A DNA stretch of 64,000 bases from Candidatus Spongiisociaceae bacterium (GCA_965262915.1 OZ253564.1:2560001-2624000); one strand, 5' to 3'; numbered from the stretch's first letter, positions 29,332 to 38,219 are shown. Notes: generated by a model not told the origin, from the sequence alone. Program-made: numbers and translations.

Positions 29332-29802
29332 CTACCGGACGAACTCGCCGCCGGTGAGCCAATCCTCGTGCCCCGGCCTCAGGTCGAGGTCGGCGAGCTC
29401 GATGCGAACACCGCCGAGCGGACCGGGCTCGAAGAAGGTGACGATGATGCTCCCGTCCGGCCGATAGATGGTCGCTTCGTGATTCATGCCCTTGCCTTCG
29501 AACTCCTGGCGCTTGGCGTTGCAGTCCGCTTCCCAGACCCCGATGTGGTGCAGACCGGCGCCGTGCTTCATCGAGTACAGGCCGTCACCCTGGGCTTCCA
29601 GAAGCTCGTAATAGGGTGGACCGTCGGTGGAGAACGTGAGGTGGAGCCGGAGGTCCTTGATCACGCCGCCGTCGTCGAAGTACTGGCTGTCCTGGTACAC
29701 GCGGTCGGCGAAGGTGACGCCCAGCACGTCGCCGAAGCGCTCGATGGCCTCGTCGAGGTCGGGCACCAGGATCCCGATGTGGAAGTAAGGAGACGCTGTC
29801 AT
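29332..29802 (-). CDS. VOC family protein (glyoxalase/methylmalonyl-CoA epimerase-like)
   Basis: HIGILVPDLDEA, YELLE, GLHHIG, RIEL. Confidence 0.85.
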   Translation of the reverse strand: MTASPYFHIGILVPDLDEAIERFGDVLGVTFADRVYQDSQYFDDGGVIKDLRLHLTFSTDGPPYYELLEAQGDGLYSMKHGAGLHHIGVWEADCNAKRQEFEGKGMNHEATIYRPDGSIIVTFFEPGPLGGVRIELADLDLRPGHEDWLTGGEFVR

Positions 29803-29866
29803 AGATCCCTCCTCTCGGGGTTGAAGACCTGACCGCGACGACACGCGGATACCGGCGTACCGTGGT

Positions 29867-30508
29867 TCATGTGCCGTTCCTGACCAGTGAGTAGTGATCG
29901 ATCCGTGCATCGAACCCGAATCCTGTCGGCGATGTGGCGTATACCCCCACCATTATCTCGTCCACGCCCGGCATGGAGAACATGTTGACCAGGTCGAAGC
30001 GCTCGCCATCCTCGGAGTAGTCGACGAGGTAGGTACTGCCCTGCCGGTGAACCCGGACCCACACACCGGGCGGATTGGCCGGCGACTCCGGCAACGGCGC
30101 CCATGCCGACCAGCCGTTCGTTGTGAGCGTCACCCCGAAGACATGAGCCGGATTGCTCAAGTGATAGTCGGGTGACCAGGACCCGTAGATGACCTCGACG
30201 CTCGCCTTCAGCCAATTGTCGGCGTCATCGCGGAGAAACAACCCGACCTGGTCGTACTGGGCGTTGTAGTCGCCCGACGCGAAGCCGGATGCGGTGAAGT
30301 CACCGCTCACGGTTTCGTACAGGAAATGGCCGTTGTCCACCACGTACAACGGGGGCTCCAGAGCACGGGCTGCCCAGTCCTCGGCCGACAGGATATCCTG
30401 CATGGTCCGGCACCAGAAGTCGGTCCTGGCGCCTGTGTGCATGGTGATGGTCTCCCCATCCACGCTCCACCGGGGCGGCTCATTCAGCCAGACTTGCTCG
30501 CTTGCCAC
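29867..30508 (-). CDS. DUF1349 family protein
   Basis: WLNEPP, TDFW, DNGHF, YDQVGL, WLKASVE; GTG start after GGAGGG. Confidence 0.8.
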   Translation of the reverse strand: MASEQVWLNEPPRWSVDGETITMHTGARTDFWCRTMQDILSAEDWAARALEPPLYVVDNGHFLYETVSGDFTASGFASGDYNAQYDQVGLFLRDDADNWLKASVEVIYGSWSPDYHLSNPAHVFGVTLTTNGWSAWAPLPESPANPPGVWVRVHRQGSTYLVDYSEDGERFDLVNMFSMPGVDEIMVGVYATSPTGFGFDARIDHYSLVRNGT

Positions 30509-30688
30509 GGGTTCCCTCCGATCCCGCCGATGGTCAGCCACTCGGTCAGGGCAACAGTACGACACGCAATCGGTGGCCGACCGGCGCATTATAGAGCTGA
30601 TGCTTCGGTCGAGCTTAGTATCGTCAGGCTGATGGCCGGGGTTGTCAACGGAGTCAAAGACCCGATGTCCATGCCCTCTGTTGGCAAG

Positions 30689-30733
30689 TTGTAGAGGAAC
30701 CACTTGTAGGGGAACCGCTTGTAGGGGAACCGG
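30689..30733. repeat. Three 15-bp direct repeats TTGTAGRGGAACCRS
   Basis: Read directly; lies between divergent genes. Confidence 0.8.
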
Positions 30734-30792
30734 TGTGATGGCAGTCGAGAGCGCGAGAAGGATCAGGTTGTTGTTGTCGAGGATCGGGTGAG

Positions 30793-31746
30793 ATGCTGAT
30801 GAAGGTGATCTACCACCACACGGCCGGTCCGTGGATGAGACAGCGGCTGCATGCACTGGCCGACGAGGCAGGCCTCGATGTCGTGACCGTGGCGCCGGAC
30901 GATCACGATGGTCTCGACACGGCTCTTGCGGATGCGGAAGTGATCTGGCACGTCCTCGAACCCTTCACGGCCGCCCACATCGAGGCCGCTCCCCGGATGC
31001 GGCTCATCCAGAAGATCGGCGTCGGTGTCAACACGATAGATGTGGAGGTGGCCAACGCGCGGGGTGTGGCGGTTTGCAACATGCCCGGGACCAACAGCCG
31101 GGCGGTGGCCGAAATGGCCCTGGCACTGATGCTCGGCTGCCTGCGGCGACTGGCGTGGTTCCATGAGCGGACGCGTTCGGGGCGAGGTTGGCAGATCGCG
31201 CCGGAAGTGCCCGAGGGATGCATGGAGTTAGGGGGACGGACGGTGGGCTTGGTGGGCTACGGGAGCATCCCTCGGATCCTGGCGCCCATCTTGACGGCCC
31301 TCGGTGCCCGTGTTCTCTACACTGCGACATCTCCCAAGGACGATGCCATCGGCGAGTGGCGCGGGCTCCGCCAACTCCTCCGGGAGTCGGACATCGTGTC
31401 CCTCCATGTGCCGCTGACCGAGGAGACGGACGGCATGATCGACCGTCAAGCCCTGGCGTCGATGAAACCGGGCGCCATCCTGATCAACACCGGACGTGGC
31501 GAAGTCGTGGATCAATTAGCGCTGGTCGAAGTACTCCGGTCCGGACATCTGGCTGCCGCGGGCCTCGATGTCTTCGCCTCGGAGCCCGTCGTTCCGAACG
31601 ACCCGATCCTTGCTCTCGACAACGTAGTCCTAGCGCCACACGTCGCTTGGCAGACCAGGGAGACCCTCGAACGCAGCCTCGCCGTGGCAACGGAGAACTG
31701 CCGCCGCCTCAGCGCGGGCGAACCGTTGCTGCACCAGGTGAACTGA
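30793..31746 (+). CDS. D-isomer-specific 2-hydroxyacid dehydrogenase
   Basis: GVGVNTID, GLVGYGSI, INTGRG, AGLDVF, LAPHVAW. Confidence 0.92.
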   Translation: MLMKVIYHHTAGPWMRQRLHALADEAGLDVVTVAPDDHDGLDTALADAEVIWHVLEPFTAAHIEAAPRMRLIQKIGVGVNTIDVEVANARGVAVCNMPGTNSRAVAEMALALMLGCLRRLAWFHERTRSGRGWQIAPEVPEGCMELGGRTVGLVGYGSIPRILAPILTALGARVLYTATSPKDDAIGEWRGLRQLLRESDIVSLHVPLTEETDGMIDRQALASMKPGAILINTGRGEVVDQLALVEVLRSGHLAAAGLDVFASEPVVPNDPILALDNVVLAPHVAWQTRETLERSLAVATENCRRLSAGEPLLHQVN

Positions 31747-31878
31747 GTCAGGTGTCAGGTGTCAGGTGTCAGGTGTCAGGTGTCAGTACAGTATTAACTG
31801 TTACCACTGACCACTGACCCCCGACGCCTGGCACCTACAACGCCTGGCACCCGGCACCTGGCACCTACAACGCCTGGC
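31747..31878. repeat. Heptamer tandem repeat tracts (GTCAGGT)n and (CCTGGCA/CCACTGA)n in inverted arrangement
   Basis: Read directly between convergent genes. Confidence 0.85.
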
Positions 31879-32521
31879 CACTCGGCGCGGCCAGCACACC
31901 CCGGGCGGCCCGGTTCTCGATCTCTCGCAATGCCGCCCGGACTTCCAAGGCCCGGGTCAGGAGCATGCCCACCGCCGCGTCATGGGAGGTGTCGCAGCGA
32001 AAGCGAACTCGGTCGCTGGTGTCCGGTACCGCTTCCATGTCGCCCAGCTTCACCAGACCCAGGACGGCCACGGCCGCCCGGCGGTCCTGGAGTCCTACCT
32101 CCCCGGCGGTCCTCGTCAGGTACTCACCCTCCCCCAGGCTGGTCACGTAGATGGTCTTTTTCTTCCTCTTGTCGAAAATCTCCAGCGGCCTCGCCTCGAG
32201 CGAAGCTCCCGTGGCGAACTTGGCCGACTCCAGGAAGATCCTCCTGCAAGCAACCCGGTGGGGGCGCCCGCACGGGAAACGTAACATCGTGTCATGGTCC
32301 CGGTCGATCTCCATGCCGCCCATGACAGCCATGGCCCGTGCCACGAACCGGGTTCGCTCGGCTGCCCCCTCGCGGGAACTATACGAGTGAACGAGGAACC
32401 GGGCCCCGTCGTCGGCCGTCTGCTCGTACAGGCCGAGGGTTATGTCCTGGCAGTGCGTGTCCATCGCCACCAACTCGATGCGCCGGCCGATCGACTTCAG
32501 ACGTCTGGTCCCTACGGCCAT
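31865..32521 (-). CDS. Conserved hypothetical protein (internal twofold F.C...H repeat)
   Basis: Normal codon usage, GGAG RBS; LRFPCGRPH and VRFRCDTSH. Confidence 0.65.
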   Translation of the reverse strand: MAVGTRRLKSIGRRIELVAMDTHCQDITLGLYEQTADDGARFLVHSYSSREGAAERTRFVARAMAVMGGMEIDRDHDTMLRFPCGRPHRVACRRIFLESAKFATGASLEARPLEIFDKRKKKTIYVTSLGEGEYLTRTAGEVGLQDRRAAVAVLGLVKLGDMEAVPDTSDRVRFRCDTSHDAAVGMLLTRALEVRAALREIENRAARGVLAAPSGQAL

Positions 32522-32663
32522 ATCACTCCGGTGGGGTCGCGATACCTACGGATCGAATGCTATCAGTTTGGGCAATCCGGTAGCCGACCATCAGCGCCAT
32601 TGGTGAAACCACCGGCCACCCTTCACCCAGACCGTCCGTCGGTGAGGAGTCCGCAGGTGTAAC

Positions 32664-33239
32664 TCACCGGTCAGGCACACCGGCCGCTGGCCACTGACCA
32701 CCGGCCACCGACCCGTAGGTGGCGGCGAGTCGCTGGTAGGCCACCACGCCGTGACGCTGGCGCTCGATCTCGGCCTCGGTCAACTCCCGCACCGGCTTGG
32801 CGGGTATGCCCATCGCCAGGGTCCACGGCGGGATAGTCCTCCCTTCGGGGAGCAGGGCCCCTGAGGCAAGCCAGGCGCCGTTGCCCAGTACCGCTCCGTT
32901 CAGCGCGCGGGCGCCGATCCCGACCAGGCAATGGTTCCCGATCGTGGCGCCGTGGAGCACCACGCTGTGGCCGACCGTGGAGTGGTCGCCGACGGCACAC
33001 GGGAAACCTTCGTCCACGTGCATCACGACGTTGTCCTGGATGTTGGAGTAGGTGCCTACTTCGACTCGATCGAACTCGGCCCGGATCACCACCCCGAACA
33101 TGACCACCGCGTTTGCCCGGATCGCAGCGTCGCCGTATATGTGGACTCCGGGGGCGATAAAGGCCGATGGATGGATGACCGGGCTACCCATCGGTATCGG
33201 TTCGGTCGGGTATTCCGGTGGCATCGAGTTTCCGTGCAT
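32664..33239 (-). CDS. Gamma carbonic anhydrase family (hexapeptide repeat) protein
   Basis: IHPSAFIAP, SNIQDNVVMH, TVGHSVVLHG, GIPAKPVREL; start 33239 or 33224. Confidence 0.9.
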   Translation of the reverse strand: MHGNSMPPEYPTEPIPMGSPVIHPSAFIAPGVHIYGDAAIRANAVVMFGVVIRAEFDRVEVGTYSNIQDNVVMHVDEGFPCAVGDHSTVGHSVVLHGATIGNHCLVGIGARALNGAVLGNGAWLASGALLPEGRTIPPWTLAMGIPAKPVRELTEAEIERQRHGVVAYQRLAATYGSVAGGQWPAAGVPDR

Positions 33240-33288
33240 CGGGAGCACTGTAATGGGGCCTATATACTTGAGTGCCCATGCGGGCTGC

Positions 33289-34572
33289 TCAGGCATACTG
33301 TTCTGCGGCGACCACTTGCGTCCCCGCCCCGAGAGGCGAGTCGGTCTCACGGTGGTTGTTTGTAGTGCGCGCCGCGTCAGGTGGTGGCCCCTCCCGACCC
33401 CGGACCTGTGGGAAGGCCCGGGCGCATATGTTCCTGGCGGCGTTGACGTCCCGGCACAGGCTGAGACGTCAACGCCCGCACCGATAGACTCTGGTTCCGA
33501 GCGGCATCGGCTGGCGATGCCCGCACCGGGAGCAATCGGTGCTGGTATGGGAAGGGCTCACCTTCACATACGGGACACCAGCTTTCTCGGCTTTGTGTCC
33601 CAGTACGAGGTCGAAGGTACCCCACCGCTGTTCCGACATCTTCTTGGAGTATCTGCGGGAGCGGAGCAGTCCCGCGATGTTGAGGTCCTCGACGGCGACG
33701 CCGTCCAAGGAAGTAACGAGGTCGTGGGCCAGGCGGAAGTCCGCCGCCCGGGCTCTCTCGGTTTCCCTGCGCCGGACCCTGGCCACAGCAGCCCGCTTCT
33801 TGGCCCGGGACCGAGATCCCCGTTGTGCCCGTGCCAGACGCCGCTGGTACCGGCGGACAGTCACATTGTCGATAGTCCGCGCCGGTACGTACCGCCCGTC
33901 GGACAGTGCCATCCGCGTTGTGAGGCCCTTGTCTATCCCCACCGGGTTCAGGGGAGCGGACACCACCTCAGGATCCGCTCCATGTTTGAGCACCGCGTGT
34001 ATCTCCACCCGCAACGGGGTGCGCACCACCCGCAGCTCCACCACCGTGCCAGCATCGAGAGCGGCGGCCAGCCGTCCGTTGCGATCGCAGAACCTGGCTG
34101 CGGGGACTCCCTTGACCCGCAGACGCCACCATCGACCCACGGGACCCGGCGGTACGAGCATCGATGCCCTCGCTCCCACTATCTCTATGCTTCTCCACCG
34201 GTGTCGGGGCTTGAAGCGGGGGTATCCGGGCTTGGTCCCTTCCTTGCTGCAGCGCTTGTAGAAGGACTTGACCGTACGGTCGAAACGACAGATGACGCCC
34301 CGGCCCACCCTGGTGTCCACCGCCGCCCAGCGGGGATCCTCGTTCCGGACCAGGGTGAACATCTTGAACAGGTCGTAACGGGACAGGTTCCGATCCGCGG
34401 GGTACTGCCCAGCTCCCGGGTTGTGTTCCCTCCACCACGCGTAGGTGCCCTTCCAAGACTCGAGGAGGGCGTTGTACATTTCGCAGGAGATGGCCAGTAT
34501 CTCATCCAGGCAGCGGTGTTGGGACGGGGAGCACTTCGCCGTGAACCTCAACGTCGTCACCCGAGAGGACAT
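33289..34572 (-). pseudogene. tnpB: RNA-guided endonuclease TnpB with one in-frame TGA (33469-33471)
   Basis: MYNALL, PGYPRFK, RuvC-I GIDKG, RuvC-II VEDL, TSTDCSRCG; past the TGA the frame continues RLSLCRDVNAARN (RuvC-III) to a stop at 33289. Confidence 0.9.
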
Positions 34573-34578
34573 AGTCTC

Positions 34579-34600
34579 ATAATAGTTGGGGGTTGTGACA
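34579..34600 (-). promoter_or_regulatory. Putative tnpB promoter TGTCAC-N10-TATTAT (RecA-NDp/PafBC-like), leaderless
   Basis: -10-like hexamer 6 nt upstream of ATG 34572. Confidence 0.55.
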
Positions 34601-34684
34601 CTTCGAGACAATGTGGGCACTCACGTATATAAGCCCCACTGTAATCAACTGTAGCGGTCCGTACCGCCCGACCACGCTGCGCTG

Positions 34685-34714
34685 TTGACACCGGCTACGG
34701 CCATCGCATACGCT
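34685..34714 (+). promoter_or_regulatory. Putative sigma70-type promoter TTGACA-N18-TACGCT
   Basis: Upstream of the SDR gene. Confidence 0.5.
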
Positions 34715-34785
34715 TCTGACGCTGGTGCGAGGTCCGGCGGGACGGGCCGGATCGGCACTCGGACTGTTACTACGGGGAGGTCGGC

Positions 34786-35562
34786 ATGGTGCGGTTCAAG
34801 GACCGGGTTGCGGTGGTGACCGGAGGAGCGTCGGGGATCGGCGGCGCCACCGCCAGGGAGTTTCTCCGGGCGGGCGCCGGCGTGGTGGTCATCGACCTGC
34901 AGCCCGTGGATCACGACTACCTGACCCGCGATCTCGACTGCTCCCCCGACTCACTCCGGTCGATCCAGGGCAGCGTGGCGGAGATCGACGACTGCCGTCG
35001 TGCGGTTGCCGAAGCCGTGGACAGCTTCGGCCGCATCGATTGCCTGGTCAACAACGCCGCCAGCTTCGTGGTCGAGGCACTGGATGTGACCAAGGAGGAC
35101 TGGGACGCCAGTTGGTCGACCAACGTTCTGGGATCGACCAATATGGTCCAGGCCGCCTTCGAGCCCCTGAAGGATGTGGGGAACGGGGCCATCGTGAACG
35201 TGGCCAGCGTCGTCGCGGTGGTGGCGAAACCGGGTGCTTGGACGTACCACGGTACCAAAGGGGCTGTGCTGGCGATGACGATGTGCATGGCCCTCGACCT
35301 CGGCGTTCACGGGATCAGGGCCAATACGATCAGCCCTGGCTGGACCTGGACCGAAGCGACCGCGGCCATCATCGACCGCAAGGCCTACGAGGAATACATC
35401 GTCCCGCACATGATGCTGAACCGCTGCGGGGAGACCATTGACGTGGCCCGCGCCATCCTCTTCCTGTGCAGCGACGACGCGTCGTTCATAACCGGTACCG
35501 ACCTCAAGGTCGACGGCGGCTACAGCGCCATGGGGCCGGAGGGGAAGTCCCACCCGGTCTGA
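34786..35562 (+). CDS. SDR family oxidoreductase
   Basis: TGGASGIG, NNAA, YHGTK, ISPG, FITG...VDGG. Confidence 0.93.
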   Translation: MVRFKDRVAVVTGGASGIGGATAREFLRAGAGVVVIDLQPVDHDYLTRDLDCSPDSLRSIQGSVAEIDDCRRAVAEAVDSFGRIDCLVNNAASFVVEALDVTKEDWDASWSTNVLGSTNMVQAAFEPLKDVGNGAIVNVASVVAVVAKPGAWTYHGTKGAVLAMTMCMALDLGVHGIRANTISPGWTWTEATAAIIDRKAYEEYIVPHMMLNRCGETIDVARAILFLCSDDASFITGTDLKVDGGYSAMGPEGKSHPV

Positions 35563-35590
35563 GTACCGGAGGCCCCCGACCCTCTTAATA

Positions 35591-35617
35591 CAGATTGAAA
35601 GTGGTAGTTTCAATCTG
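35591..35617. promoter_or_regulatory. Perfect 10-bp inverted repeat CAGATTGAAA-N7-TTTCAATCTG, probable operator
   Basis: Upstream of -10-like TAGCCT (35631-35636) and ATG 35644. Confidence 0.6.
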
Positions 35618-35643
35618 CACGGGATGCGGGTAGCCTGATCACC

Positions 35644-36813
35644 ATGATCGAGCGCGAGATCACTCCCCACCTGACCGCCCTCTTCGAGCACTACCCCTTC
35701 GTCACGGTGACCGGACCGCGGCAGTCCGGTAAGACGACCCTGTGCCGGGCGACCTTTCCCGACCTCGACTACGCCAACCTCGAAGCGCCAGACGTGCGGG
35801 AGTTCGCCGAATCCGATCCGCGGCGCTTTCTAGCCCGCTTCAGCCGGGGCGCGATCATCGACGAGATACAGCACGTGCCCTCGCTGTTGTCATACCTGCA
35901 GGTCCTCGCTGACGAGATAGGCCGGAACAGCCTCTTCGTGCTCACGGGCAGCGAGCAGTTCGGGCTTTCCGACACCATCAGCCAGTCTCTGGCCGGTCGG
36001 ACAGCGTTACTCCGTCTCCTGCCCTTCTCCCTGGACGAACGCCGCCGCACCGGCGCCAAGGACACAGTGGACGACATCATCTACTCGGGTTTCTATCCGC
36101 GCATCCACGACCGAGGGCTCGAACCCAGACAAGCGCTCCGCGACTACTTGGAGACGTACGTCGAGCGCGACGTACGCCGGATGGGCGGGATACGCAACCT
36201 TTCCGGTTTCCGGCTCTTCGCCCGCTTGTGCGCCGGGCGAGTCGGACAGCTGCTCAACCTCAGTGCGCTGGGTTCGGACGCAGGCGTGTCACACACGACG
36301 GCGCGAGCATGGATGACGACACTGGAAAGGAGTTACGTAACCTTCCGGCTGCGACCGTTTCACACCAACATACGGAAGCGTTTGGTCAAATCACCCAAAC
36401 TGTACTTCTACGACGTCGGGCTGGCCTGCTATCTCATCGGTATCGAACGCGTCGAGCAGATCGCTACCCACCCCCTGCGAGGGCCGCTGTTTGAGAACCT
36501 GGTAGTCGCCGAGGTGCTGAAGCACCGCTTCAATCAGGGCCGCCGATCCAACCTCTCTTTCTTCCGTGACTCGCAAGGATTGGAATGCGACCTCTTCTAC
36601 GAGAGCGGACAAGCCATCGGCGCCATCGAGATCAAAGCGGGTTCTACCGTGGCCTCCGATTACTTCCGTTCCCTGGACCGCGTCGCCGAGTTGATCCCCC
36701 GAGTCTCTTCCAAAGCCGTTGTCTACGGTGGCCTCACCAACCAGTCGCGAAGCAGGGGTGAAGTAGTGCCGTTGTCCCGGCTACAAGAGCTGCTTCAACG
36801 GTTGGAAACATAG
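35644..36813 (+). CDS. AAA+ ATPase with DUF4143 / PD-(D/E)xK-like C-terminus (AAA_14 family)
   Basis: GPRQSGKTT, IIDEIQ, LTGS, SLAGR, KSPKLYFYDVG, FEN, ECD, IEIK. Confidence 0.9.
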   Translation: MIEREITPHLTALFEHYPFVTVTGPRQSGKTTLCRATFPDLDYANLEAPDVREFAESDPRRFLARFSRGAIIDEIQHVPSLLSYLQVLADEIGRNSLFVLTGSEQFGLSDTISQSLAGRTALLRLLPFSLDERRRTGAKDTVDDIIYSGFYPRIHDRGLEPRQALRDYLETYVERDVRRMGGIRNLSGFRLFARLCAGRVGQLLNLSALGSDAGVSHTTARAWMTTLERSYVTFRLRPFHTNIRKRLVKSPKLYFYDVGLACYLIGIERVEQIATHPLRGPLFENLVVAEVLKHRFNQGRRSNLSFFRDSQGLECDLFYESGQAIGAIEIKAGSTVASDYFRSLDRVAELIPRVSSKAVVYGGLTNQSRSRGEVVPLSRLQELLQRLET

Positions 36814-37019
36814 ATTACAGGATCGATGCGTTGGAAGGCCTCGGCCTGCTCGTCCGTGACGGATCCCGGGAGGGCCTCGTCAGCGGCGGCCCGCACCGAC
36901 GGGATACTGTTCAAGACAAGACGGTCGTTCGCCCGTGACCTCGCCGAGCCCTATCTGTCTTTGGACCCGAAACCTACGAATAGTCGAATCGGCCCCTCGA
37001 CTACCTCACCGGTAACCGA

Positions 37020-38219
37020 TCATGTGATCGACCGGTAGAGCGCGGTCGACAGGGCGCGGGGTCGGCGGTCGGTACCTATCTCCAGATGGGTCTGGTTCAT
37101 GGCGTAGCCGAAACCTACTCCGGCTACGGGATCGGCGTAGCCGAGAGCGCCGCCCAACCCTTGCATCCCGAAGGCCTCGTCGGTCGGTCCGAACGACATG
37201 CCGCCCGGCGTGGATCGGCCGTAGCCGAGGGCTACCCGGGACTCACCTCCGAAGATGGCGTCGGTTCCCCTGGCCTGCTCGGCCGAGTGGATGGCGATGG
37301 ATGACTCGGAAACGATCCGCACCCCGTCGAGTTCGCCTCTGCAGGCGAGCATGGCGTACATGCGGGCCACGCTGCGGGCGTCGGCCACCCCGTTCACGGC
37401 CGGCATCTCGGCCGCCCAGAAGGTCGGATCGTTGCCCATGTCGATGGGCGACCCGCCCTCGGGCCCGATGAACAGGGCGGCGCCGGCCGGGTTCTCGGGT
37501 CCCCCGATGGCCGCCATGAGATCGAACGCGGGAGCGGGATCGTGCAACAACCTGGCCACCCTCGGGCGCTGCTCGTCGGGAAGGCCGATCCAGAACTCGA
37601 GGCCAAGCGGTCGGGCGACCTCCTCTGCAAAAAAAGTTCCCAGGGTGCGGCCGTCGATCCGTCGCACCAGCTCGCCCACCAGCCAGCCGTAGGTGATGGG
37701 GTGGTAGCCGAGCCGGGTTCCCGGTTCCCAGACGAGGGGCGCCGCCGCCAGCCGGGCGGCTATCTCGGTCGTGCGACGCCAACCAGCCGCATCGTCGAAA
37801 CTCACCAGGTTCCAGTAGTCGGGAAAGGACGGTATCCCGACCGTGTGGTTGAGGAGCTGCCGAACCCGCACTCGGTCCTTGCCTCGGGCCGCGAACTCGG
37901 GCCAGTAGCTAGTAACCGGCGCTTCCAAGTCCATCTGACCGCGATCAGCCAGTATCTGGGCTACCAGGGCCGCGGCTCCTTTGGTGACCGAGAAGACCGG
38001 GACCAGCGTGTCCTCGGCCCACGGCCGGTCGGGCGTTGCCATGCCGGACCAGATGTTGACGACCCGCTCTCCGCCCACGTAGGCGCAGAACTCGGCCCCC
38101 ACCTCACCTCTGGTCGCGAAGTTCTCCTCGAAGGCGGCGGCCACCGGCTCGAAGCCCGCGGCCACGTATCCGCTGAGGTCGGGCACTGCTCTCCTGTCTC
38201 TCGTTGTTGTAACGGCCAC
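37020..38219 (-). CDS. Serine hydrolase, beta-lactamase/EstA esterase family
   Basis: FSVTK (SxxK), LLNHTVG, WEPG..GYH, GLGG. Confidence 0.9.
   Translation of the reverse strand: MAVTTTRDRRAVPDLSGYVAAGFEPVAAAFEENFATRGEVGAEFCAYVGGERVVNIWSGMATPDRPWAEDTLVPVFSVTKGAAALVAQILADRGQMDLEAPVTSYWPEFAARGKDRVRVRQLLNHTVGIPSFPDYWNLVSFDDAAGWRRTTEIAARLAAAPLVWEPGTRLGYHPITYGWLVGELVRRIDGRTLGTFFAEEVARPLGLEFWIGLPDEQRPRVARLLHDPAPAFDLMAAIGGPENPAGAALFIGPEGGSPIDMGNDPTFWAAEMPAVNGVADARSVARMYAMLACRGELDGVRIVSESSIAIHSAEQARGTDAIFGGESRVALGYGRSTPGGMSFGPTDEAFGMQGLGGALGYADPVAGVGFGYAMNQTHLEIGTDRRPRALSTALYRSIT

Larger units (their letters stand above)
33255..34637 (-). mobile_element. Non-autonomous tnpB element with 24-bp TIRs and 8-bp TSD (ACTGTAAT)
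   Basis: GGGGCCTATATACTTGAGTGCCCA (33255-33278) versus TGGGCACTCACGTATATAAGCCCC (34614-34637), 22/24 match; ACTGTAAT at 33247-33254 and 34638-34645. Confidence 0.9.

Noticed and set aside
33469-33471. Selenocysteine as the primary explanation of the TGA
   Set aside because: The codon lies within the stem rather than upstream of a SECIS-like hairpin, and the neighbouring Gly is also changed; kept only as an alternative.
33052-34632. 526-aa plus-strand ORF as the missing transposase of the tnpB element
   Set aside because: Antisense shadow of tnpB, starts outside the TIR, no DDE/Y1/serine recombinase motifs.
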